DNA of 31,399 bases from a virus, in the IMG/VR virus record IMGVR_UViG_3300001530_000192. One strand, given 5' to 3'. Position 1 is the stretch's first letter; each line of letters starts with the position of its first letter. Under the pieces are notes generated by a model. The model was not told where the DNA came from, searched no databases, and worked only from the letters and a program-made list of their open reading frames with translations. A program made the translations under genes and the position numbers. Positions 25,543-31,196 of this stretch are shown one piece after another.

Positions 25543-26586
25543 ATGAAATTACCTAATTCTTTCGGCTCTGTACAGAAGTTGAGTGGTAATAGAAGAAAAC
25601 CTTATCGAGTAGTCAAAACTGTTGGATGGGATGAAAATGGAAAACAAATCAGAAAGACTATTGGATATTATGAAACTAGAACCCTCGCATTACAGGAATT
25701 AGCCTTATTTAATGAAAAACCTTATGATATAGATGCAAGAAATATTACAGTAGATGAATTACATCAAAAATGGCAAAATGAGAAATATCCTAAAATAGCA
25801 TATAAGACTCAACAAGTATATAATATGTGTTGGAATTATTGTCAAGATGTTAAGAATATGGCATTTGTAGATATCAGATTAAATCATTTACAAGCAATCG
25901 TTGATGGTATGGGTAATAAATGGTCTGCTAAAAAGGCATTTAAGATATTATGGCATCAGATGTACGATTATGCGATTAAAAATGATATGGATGTAAGAAA
26001 GTATTCAGAATACATCGATATAGGCAAAAAAACCACTAAATTAGTGCGAATACCATTTGAAGAGGATGAAATAGACAAGTTATGGGATAATGTTGCTAGA
26101 ATGGACTTTATTGACACGATATTAATACTTATTTATACAGGAATGAGAGTCGGCGAACTTTTAGATATTAAAGTAGAAAATGTTCATATAAACGAAAAAT
26201 ACATGGTTGGTGGCTCTAAAACCGAAGCAGGTAAAGATAGAGTCATACCATTCCATGAACGAATAGTACCATTAGTAAAGAAATGGTATGATAATGCAAT
26301 TAAAAATGGTAGTGAATACCTAATATATAATCACGAATATAAACAAATGAAATATTGGAACTATTATCATGAGAAATGGGAAAAGATTATAGAACAATTA
26401 GAGTTTAGTCCTGAACATAAGCCTCACGATACTAGACATACATTCTCTACTCGTATGGATAGAACCAATGCTAATAAATTATGTATAAAAAGAATACTAG
26501 GACATGCTAGTAAGGATATTACTGATAAAGTTTATACACATAAAGACATTGATGACCTATTAGAAGCAGTTAATATGTTAAAATAA
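25543..26586 (+). CDS. int: Tyrosine integrase.
   Basis: 347 aa. It has ..TGMRVGELL.., HDTRHTFSTR and LGHAS...T..VYTH (the R-H-R-Y catalytic set), plus an N-terminal arm/core-binding region. Confidence 0.9.
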   Translation: MKLPNSFGSVQKLSGNRRKPYRVVKTVGWDENGKQIRKTIGYYETRTLALQELALFNEKPYDIDARNITVDELHQKWQNEKYPKIAYKTQQVYNMCWNYCQDVKNMAFVDIRLNHLQAIVDGMGNKWSAKKAFKILWHQMYDYAIKNDMDVRKYSEYIDIGKKTTKLVRIPFEEDEIDKLWDNVARMDFIDTILILIYTGMRVGELLDIKVENVHINEKYMVGGSKTEAGKDRVIPFHERIVPLVKKWYDNAIKNGSEYLIYNHEYKQMKYWNYYHEKWEKIIEQLEFSPEHKPHDTRHTFSTRMDRTNANKLCIKRILGHASKDITDKVYTHKDIDDLLEAVNMLK

Positions 26587-26598
26587 CTGCTTTTTTTA
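26565..26598 (+). terminator. Rho-independent terminator of int.
   Basis: agcagtta (26565-26572) pairs with taactgct (26584-26591), followed by ttttttt. The stem includes the int stop codon. Confidence 0.6.
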
Positions 26599-26639
26599 TG
26601 AAAAAATTAAAAAAATTCACTTAAATTATCACTTTATAC

Positions 26640-26669
26640 TTGACAACTACCTAGGTAGTATGATACAAT
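26640..26669 (+). promoter_or_regulatory. Strong sigma-70-type promoter with a 14-bp perfect palindrome in the spacer.
   Basis: TTGACA (26640-26645), an 18-nt spacer, then TGaTACAAT (extended -10, 26661-26669). The palindrome actacctaggtagt lies at 26646-26659. Confidence 0.6.
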
Positions 26670-26718
26670 TAGTATGTAATCAAGAAAGATTACAAATAAA
26701 AAAAGAAAGGAGGTCAAG

Positions 26719-26823
26719 ATGACAATTTCATTAAAGGTTATCAATATAAAGATAACAAAAAAAGGAATAACCTTAAAACTCGAGTTAGGCATTCCCTTTG
26801 GTATTAGCAAGAGTGGTAAATAA
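26719..26823 (+). CDS. Small ORF (34 aa) with a strong RBS, not in the ORF track.
   Basis: AAAGGAGG lies 7 nt before ATG 26719. Translation: MTISLKVINIKITKKGITLKLELGIPFGISKSGK. It lies downstream of the promoter at 26640. Confidence 0.4.
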   Translation: MTISLKVINIKITKKGITLKLELGIPFGISKSGK

Positions 26824-26877
26824 ACCACTCCTCCTGCTAATAATAATACCATAAATAATGAGATTTGTCAAAAGTCT

Positions 26878-27246
26878 ATGGAAAAGTCAAAGAAAACTAA
26901 ATACGATATAGAGTATCGTAAAAAACACAAAGTGCAATTTAATGTAGATTTAAACAAAGAAGAAATGCAATCTCTTAATGAAGCACTTAAAGCATCAGGA
27001 ACTAGAAAAGCAGACTTTTTAAGAAAAGCAATTAGAAAAGAATGCAGAGAAAATAATATCTTATACTTTGATAGAGTCGCTAATTGTGATTGGTGTGGTA
27101 AAAGAGATTATGTATCTATTACTCACTATGGAACATCACACTATAACAGATTAATATGTAGTGATTGTGCTAATGATATTATCCAACATCATAAGAATAT
27201 AGATGGCACTACTCCATCATGGTATAGACCTGATGATGAGGACTAA
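26878..27246 (+). CDS. Ribbon-helix-helix (CopG/MobC-like) protein with a C-terminal Cys4 zinc ribbon.
   Basis: 122 aa. The RHH-like segment is KVQFNVDLNKEEMQSLNEALKASGTRKADFLRKAI. The Cys4 motif is CDWCGK...CSDC. Confidence 0.5.
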   Translation: MEKSKKTKYDIEYRKKHKVQFNVDLNKEEMQSLNEALKASGTRKADFLRKAIRKECRENNILYFDRVANCDWCGKRDYVSITHYGTSHYNRLICSDCANDIIQHHKNIDGTTPSWYRPDDED

Positions 27247-27254
27247 TTAAAAAT

Positions 27255-27289
27255 GGCTAGGAATATATCCTAGCCTTTTTATTTTTTTT
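27255..27289 (+). terminator. Rho-independent terminator of the plus-strand moron cassette.
   Basis: ggctagga-atata-tcctagcc, followed by tttttatttttttt. Confidence 0.7.
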
Positions 27290-27322
27290 GTGTGTGCTAC
27301 TTGTGTGCTACTTGTGTGCTAC
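27290..27322 (+). repeat. Three tandem 11-bp iterons (t/g)TGTGTGCTAC.
   Basis: gtgtgtgctac ttgtgtgctac ttgtgtgctac. Confidence 0.85.
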
Positions 27323-27360
27323 ATACTAGATTTAACGAGGTTTATCGAGTATCTTAATAT

Positions 27361-27393
27361 AAGAAAAACCCCATAAACATTGAGTTTATAGGG
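27361..27393 (-). terminator. Hairpin plus T-run (minus sense) in the centre of the iteron-flanked noncoding region.
   Basis: ccccataaac (27369-27378) pairs with gtttataggg (27384-27393) at 9 of 10 positions. On the minus strand it is followed by TTTTTCTT. Confidence 0.45.
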
Positions 27394-27463
27394 TTCGTAA
27401 TAGGTATGTTTCCTATCTCTTTGTAAATTGATGTCCTTTATATTTCAAGGAAAAAAAGGGTAT

Positions 27464-27485
27464 TTGTGTGCTACCTGTGTGTTAC
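27464..27485 (+). repeat. Two further tandem iterons of the same 11-bp family.
   Basis: ttgtgtgctac ctgtgtgttac, in the same orientation as the copies at 27290-27322. Confidence 0.8.
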
Positions 27486-27525
27486 TGAATAGACTTTATA
27501 AGTACTTTATTTTATTAAATAGACA

Positions 27526-27559
27526 TAAAAAAAGAGGTAAGGACATTAATATCCTTACC
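27526..27559 (-). terminator. Rho-independent terminator of the lysis operon.
   Basis: ggtaagga (27536-27543) pairs with tccttacc (27552-27559). On the minus strand it is followed by tcttttttt, 9 nt after the endolysin stop. Confidence 0.7.
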
Positions 27560-27567
27560 AATTTTAA

Positions 27568-28428
27568 TTAAAATAATTTAATATTATCCCATCTAGTAAG
27601 ACCTGCATTTAAGTTCTTATTTACTTGATTTTGAACTTCATCATATCTTGAACCTAATGCTTTTCTACGAGCATCACCATTACCAAAATCACCTCTAATA
27701 GTTTTTTTAACTAATGTTAATAGGTCATCAGATGGTTGTGATGGTGTGCTAGGTGTTGATGGTTGACTTGGTGCAGGTTTTCCAACACCTTTATCAACTA
27801 ATGCTTGAACTGCATTATATCTAGAACCTAATTTTGCCTTTCTAGTATCGCCATTACCAAATTCACCTGTCCATACTCTTCTAGCAAGTTCTTCATCGCT
27901 TACACCTTTAAATGGGTCATCTTGACTAGGTGTTCCTGCATGAACATCACCAATAGCAGGGTTAACAATACAACCTCTGAATTTGTAACCACTACTTAAT
28001 CCCCATCTTCCATTTGAATTTGTTCTTATACTATTCCAAAATGCACTAGAACCATATCCACTTTCAGATGTATAGATTTGATTAGCACTATCAATTCTTT
28101 CTACTACTGCAACATGTCCTGCACCATCAGAGCCATTTAAGGTATTTCCTTTTTGCCATACCATAATACCACCTAATGTTGGATATGATACAACTTGTAA
28201 TCCTAAACTTTTTGCTCTTTCGATAAAGTTTTCTGCATTACAATTTAGAGCAGGATATTTCATGCTTCCAATTATTTCATTAAATCTACCACAAGCATAC
28301 CCTACACAGTTAGCAAGTACATTTGCATTTGCATCTGTTGGATATCCTTGAATACAAGTTGAATAACCACCTCTAGATTTAGTGATATAGAACTTATTGC
28401 CACTAGGCTTACTTGTTCTCATTTGCAT
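27568..28428 (-). CDS. Endolysin: N-terminal CHAP domain plus two CW_7 (Cpl-7-like) cell-wall-binding repeats.
   Basis: The CHAP Cys lies in NCVGYACGRF and the His in GHVAVVE. The two repeats are GEFGNGDTRKAKLGSRYNAVQALV and GDFGNGDARRKALGSRYDEVQNQV, separated by a P/S/T linker. The start is reset to ATG 28428 (MQMRTSKP) after GAGGAGGTGG. Confidence 0.85.
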   Translation of the reverse strand: MQMRTSKPSGNKFYITKSRGGYSTCIQGYPTDANANVLANCVGYACGRFNEIIGSMKYPALNCNAENFIERAKSLGLQVVSYPTLGGIMVWQKGNTLNGSDGAGHVAVVERIDSANQIYTSESGYGSSAFWNSIRTNSNGRWGLSSGYKFRGCIVNPAIGDVHAGTPSQDDPFKGVSDEELARRVWTGEFGNGDTRKAKLGSRYNAVQALVDKGVGKPAPSQPSTPSTPSQPSDDLLTLVKKTIRGDFGNGDARRKALGSRYDEVQNQVNKNLNAGLTRWDNIKLF

Positions 28429-28567
28429 CTTCTTCCACCTCCTCTTTGTTTTCAACTGTACAATCATCACCCTCTACTAATGCATCAATTCCATCAGTAT
28501 TGAATACTGTTTGTACTTCTTGTTCTTCTGTTACTTCTTCTGTAACATTTGTTTCCTTTTCTTCCAT
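28409..28567 (-). CDS. Small, highly acidic protein (52 aa) between the holin and the endolysin.
   Basis: AAAGGAGGG precedes ATG 28567. The protein begins MEEKETNVTEEVTEEQEVQ... The longer ORF-track N-terminus has no SD sequence. Confidence 0.5.
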   Translation of the reverse strand: MEEKETNVTEEVTEEQEVQTVFNTDGIDALVEGDDCTVENKEEVEEDANENK

Positions 28568-28610
28568 CTTTATCCCTCCTTTTGAAGAAAAATATATATA
28601 AAAAAGAGAA

Positions 28611-28814
28611 CTATTTGTTCTCTTTCTTACTATAATTTGCACTAGATATACCTAGTATTACACCTAAAGCAGTATCAATAGCAGTAATTGTAGCACCTAT
28701 TTCTTCGCCATAAGGTATATTCCATATCTTAAATACAGTTATTACCAATGTAGCGATTGCAGGTAATACATACATTGCTATTTTCTTTAAAGTATCATAA
28801 GTTTTATTACTCAT
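28611..28814 (-). CDS. Holin (phage_holin_1 / phiLC3-like).
   Basis: 67 aa. The pattern MSNKTYDTLKKIAMYVLPAIATLV....IW.IPYGEEI..TI.AI...LG..LGIS is typical of this family. Two TM helices are predicted. Confidence 0.8.
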   Translation of the reverse strand: MSNKTYDTLKKIAMYVLPAIATLVITVFKIWNIPYGEEIGATITAIDTALGVILGISSANYSKKENK

Positions 28815-28833
28815 ACTACCACCTCTTTTCTAT

Positions 28834-29073
28834 TTATTTAGGACTTATTTGTATTAATGCAAATATTAAACCTACAATTCCTGCAATAATTGCACCTACA
28901 ATAGTCCTTGATAACCATTTGATTTTGTCTTTTATTTCATCAATATCCCTTTCATTCTGAATAGATAAATTATGGGCATCATCAGTTTTTTCTTTCATGG
29001 TATTGTAATCATCTAATTTTGTTTCAATTTTAGTAAGTCTATCTAAAACTTCCCTCTCAAAACCTTTTTCCAT
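28834..29073 (-). CDS. xhlA: XhlA-family lysis-associated membrane protein.
   Basis: 79 aa with an N-terminal coiled coil (LDRLTKIETKLDD...) and a C-terminal TM helix, located upstream of the holin. Confidence 0.7.
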   Translation of the reverse strand: MEKGFEREVLDRLTKIETKLDDYNTMKEKTDDAHNLSIQNERDIDEIKDKIKWLSRTIVGAIIAGIVGLIFALIQISPK

Positions 29074-29091
29074 CTTTATCCTCCCTCTAGC

Positions 29092-29122
29092 ATAAAAAAA
29101 GACAACTTCGTTTTGTTGCCTT
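29092..29122 (-). terminator. Terminator-like hairpin plus T-run downstream of late motif copy 3 and the RT gene.
   Basis: The minus-strand RNA forms aaggcaac-aaaacgaa-gttgtctt running into ttttttt, homologous to 15598-15626. Confidence 0.5.
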
Positions 29123-29132
29123 ATTATCTATA

Positions 29133-29168
29133 TACATTATAACACGATTTTAGTGTGAGTTTTGTGAA
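29133..29168 (-). promoter_or_regulatory. Conserved late-promoter-like motif, copy 3 (TTCACA-N4-TCACACT-N7-TGTTATAATGTA), overlapping the RT stop codon.
   Basis: Plus strand reads tacattataaca-cgatttt-agtgtga-gttt-tgtgaa. Confidence 0.5.
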
Positions 29169-30286
29169 TTATTAAGAAATAAATCATTGAATAATTTATC
29201 CATATTTAATAATGTTCTATGACAGTCATATTTAGCAATATTTCCTCGCCATGATTTGTATTGCTCTTCTATTTCATTAAATGTCATCTCATTATTATCT
29301 AACATTTTCTTAAAACTCTTTAATTTTCTTCTTTCTCTAACTATATTGCTCTTTACAGGTATTCTAACAAGATGTCCTGTATCAGTTAAACGATATTTTA
29401 TCTTTAAAAATGTAAAACCTTTATCTATTCTAAATATTTGTGTTTTCTTTTTATTGATAAATATACCTAATTTATCACATATAACAACAATATCTTCTAA
29501 TAATTGTTTTAACTCTTCTTTATTGTTACTTAAAATATAGGTATCATCCATATATCTTCCATAATATTTCATTTTTTTAACTATTTTACAATAATTATCC
29601 ATCCTAGTAGGATAATAAATGCCTGAAATTTGCGATATTTGGCTACCTATACCTAATGACTTATGAATGTATCTTTCGCCTGTCCTAGCACCTGTTTTTT
29701 TAGCATAAGTCAAAGAGTCAAATAAGTCTTTTTCTGTTGCATCATAATTTGATACATCTATTGAAAAACTATCTATAAGATGAGCAATTAAATTTAATAT
29801 ATCCTCATCATCAATGATTTCTTTATACATATCCATTAATGGCTTATGTAAAATATTATCATAAAACTTGCTAAAATCGATAATGAGTGCATATCCACGA
29901 TTTCCATACTTTCTATAATACTTGTGTAAGTGAGTTTCAACTCTCTTACGAGCAAAATCAATACCTTTATTCTTTATACTTGCACCATTATCATAAGTTA
30001 GATATGGTGTAACTATGGGAGTCAATTGGTCGCATAATGCTCTTTGTACAACTCTATCATAGAAACTAATGGAGCGAACATATCTCTCTTTACCTCTTTC
30101 ACACAAAAAGAAGTTATCAAATGCACCTTGCTTATAGGTTTTATTCCTTAACTCTATTTGTGTTTTTCTTATATTTTTAAGTAAATTGGCTTCATATTGT
30201 TGAACACTATTTTTCCATATACTATTTTTTCTTGTTTTATAGAAACTATCAACTAAAACATTGGCATTACTAATCTTATCAATCAT
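29150..30286 (-). CDS. rt: DGR-type reverse transcriptase.
   Basis: 378 aa. The RT motifs are IIDFSKFYDNI, SLGIGSQISQ (the DGR-diagnostic [LIV]GxxxSQ motif 4) and RYMDDTYIL (YMDD). The N-terminal ..FYDRVVQRALCDQL.. is typical of DGR RTs. The TR lies 122 nt upstream. Confidence 0.93.
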   Translation of the reverse strand: MIDKISNANVLVDSFYKTRKNSIWKNSVQQYEANLLKNIRKTQIELRNKTYKQGAFDNFFLCERGKERYVRSISFYDRVVQRALCDQLTPIVTPYLTYDNGASIKNKGIDFARKRVETHLHKYYRKYGNRGYALIIDFSKFYDNILHKPLMDMYKEIIDDEDILNLIAHLIDSFSIDVSNYDATEKDLFDSLTYAKKTGARTGERYIHKSLGIGSQISQISGIYYPTRMDNYCKIVKKMKYYGRYMDDTYILSNNKEELKQLLEDIVVICDKLGIFINKKKTQIFRIDKGFTFLKIKYRLTDTGHLVRIPVKSNIVRERRKLKSFKKMLDNNEMTFNEIEEQYKSWRGNIAKYDCHRTLLNMDKLFNDLFLNNSQNSH

Positions 30287-30407
30287 ATTTTGTTCCTAAC
30301 TCTAATTGACTTATCAAAGAGTATCAAAATATCTATTTGCCTCTCGGACAGGATAAAGTTTCCTTTTAATTCTTGCAACGGTACTTAACCTAATCATTGT
30401 GCAAGTT
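30287..30407 (-). ncRNA. DGR spacer region between the TR and the RT start (the noncoding part of the TR-containing RNA).
   Basis: It has no ORF. It contains the stem cttgca/tgcaag (minus sense: CTTGCAcaatgattaggttaagtaccgtTGCAAG) immediately 3' of the TR. Its role is inferred by analogy with the BPP-1 DGR RNA. Confidence 0.4.
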
Positions 30408-30492
30408 AAAATCAGGGGCGAACACCACCAGAGTTGGAAGCATTGTTGTAGTTACTATTACCATTGTTGTTGACATTGCAGAAGCCCGAAGC
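30408..30492 (-). repeat. DGR template repeat (TR).
   Basis: 85 bp align without gaps to 31205-31289 (offset 797). All differences lie at plus-strand T, which is coding-strand A, in this copy. In the VR frame it reads ASGFCNVNNNGNSNYNNASNSGGVRP, with 9 AAY codons. It lies in the noncoding gap between the avd-like gene and the RT. Confidence 0.9.
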
Positions 30493-30513
30493 CCTAATAA
30501 TTTTGAACAAACC

Positions 30514-31074
30514 TTACCCTTTGTTTTCTTCTTCTTTTTTATCTATTTCTTTTATTATTCTATTATCAGATTTTCGCCAACCTTTTAACAACACAATCTC
30601 TTTTTCAATCATATCAACATATCTCATGTATTTCTCTACATTCGGATGACATACATATATAACATATTGCATTTCTTGAAGAAGATTTTCACAATCAATA
30701 ATTGCTTGTGTTTGATAATTTCTTCGCAAATAGTATTCTTCTTTATTAGTTATATGAATTGTATTTGCAGAGCAAATATTCTTCATCATATCTCTCAATA
30801 AATCCATGAAATAATCTCGTTCTTTGTCTATTAGCCATGATGGAAAATTATCAATGAAACTATTTTTGATATCGTATGCAGAGAGAATATCTTCTATTTG
30901 TTCAATATCTTCTTCATCAATATCATATACTTCTTGAGCAAATTCCAAATTTCTTCTTCTTGACTTTATTCCGAAATCTTTCAAAAGAAATTCAGTCATC
31001 ATCAATCTTAATTTTATAGCATTATGATAAAACTCCATCTTTGAAATGTTTCTTTTCCTTTTCAACACACTCAA
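30514..31074 (-). CDS. avd: Avd-like accessory variability determinant candidate (helical, basic termini, atypically long).
   Basis: It lies between the VR and the TR, exactly where avd sits in canonical DGRs. It is 186 aa with predicted helical heptad-like segments and K/R-rich ends. The start is uncertain (TTG 31074 or ATG 31038). I did not see the canonical Avd family motif. Confidence 0.5.
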   Translation of the reverse strand: MSVLKRKRNISKMEFYHNAIKLRLMMTEFLLKDFGIKSRRRNLEFAQEVYDIDEEDIEQIEDILSAYDIKNSFIDNFPSWLIDKERDYFMDLLRDMMKNICSANTIHITNKEEYYLRRNYQTQAIIDCENLLQEMQYVIYVCHPNVEKYMRYVDMIEKEIVLLKGWRKSDNRIIKEIDKKEEENKG

Positions 31075-31095
31075 TATCTATCAACTCCCTATTAT

Positions 31096-31124
31096 ATTCT
31101 ATCTGTTTATTATTTTTATGTCAA
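31096..31124 (-). promoter_or_regulatory. Near-consensus promoter for the avd-TR-RT transcript.
   Basis: Minus strand reads TTGACA (31124-31119), a 17-nt spacer, then TAGAAT (31101-31096), about 20 nt upstream of the avd-like ORF. Confidence 0.5.
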
Positions 31125-31158
31125 TTCATTACAGGAAATTTGATATTTATTTAATCTA

Positions 31159-31196
31159 TAATCTGCCACCCCATAAAGGGGTGTGATTGCAGATTA
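31159..31196 (-). promoter_or_regulatory. Hairpin/cruciform element immediately 3' of the VR (DGR homing-associated structure). It overlaps the target stop codon.
   Basis: The outer stem taatctgc (31159-31166) pairs with gcagatta (31189-31196). The inner GC stem cacccc (31167-31172) pairs with ggggtg (31178-31183). The loop is 5 nt and there is a 5-nt bulge. Confidence 0.6.

Noticed and set aside
26634-26852. Minus-strand 72-aa hydrophobic ORF in the int-proximal gap.
   Set aside because: It has no SD sequence upstream of its ATG. It is antisense to a near-consensus plus-strand promoter, a strong RBS and a small ORF. Its hydrophobicity follows from complementing an A-rich sequence. It is not fully excluded.
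27420-27448. A possible minus-strand promoter (TTGAAA-17-TACAAA) that would drive a ~55-nt RNA ending at the 27361-27393 terminator.
   Set aside because: The -10 element lacks the conserved final T, and there is no other support. It is kept only as a note under the attP-like region.
27290-27485. The tandem TGTGTGCTAC repeats as a CRISPR array.
   Set aside because: The units are only 11 bp and directly abut one another with no spacers. There are only 3 + 2 copies and no cas genes.
10470-28642. N-terminal extensions in the ORF track at 11378, 14930, 16918, 18308, 18809, 21434, 24427, 28470 and 28642.
   Set aside because: In each case the extension starts inside or upstream of the Shine-Dalgarno sequence that serves a downstream in-frame ATG or GTG. 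The shorter start is preferred.
6237-29540. Other antisense ORFs in the track: 6237..6503, 7729..7920, 8881..9105, 10085..10360, 11484..11675, 14404..14706, 14788..14991, 17563..17793, 18765..18965, 20581..20796, 24790..25044, 28413..28601, 28757..28960 and 29256..29540.
   Set aside because: Each is nested opposite a longer ORF that has an RBS, recognisable motifs or synteny. Their translations are low-complexity (S/F/L/I-rich) and none has a convincing start context.
29150-30286. The RT as a retron, group II intron or abortive-infection RT.
   Set aside because: No msr/msd-like inverted repeats or intron RNA domains flank it. It has no maturase or endonuclease extension. It carries the DGR-type [LIV]GxxxSQ motif and sits beside a TR/VR pair with A-only mismatches.
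30412-30412. The T/G difference at the 3' boundary of the TR/VR, counted as a 13th mutagenic substitution.
   Set aside because: It lies beyond the A-free GC block where homology decays, and the TR allele would introduce an in-frame TGA. It is more plausibly a fixed IMH versus IMH* difference, so it was left out of the core count.
30397-30649. Plus-strand ORFs 30397..30588 and 30464..30649, overlapping the TR and the avd 3' end.
   Set aside because: They are the antisense reading of the template repeat and spacer, and they have no RBS. This region is better explained as the noncoding DGR RNA on the minus strand.
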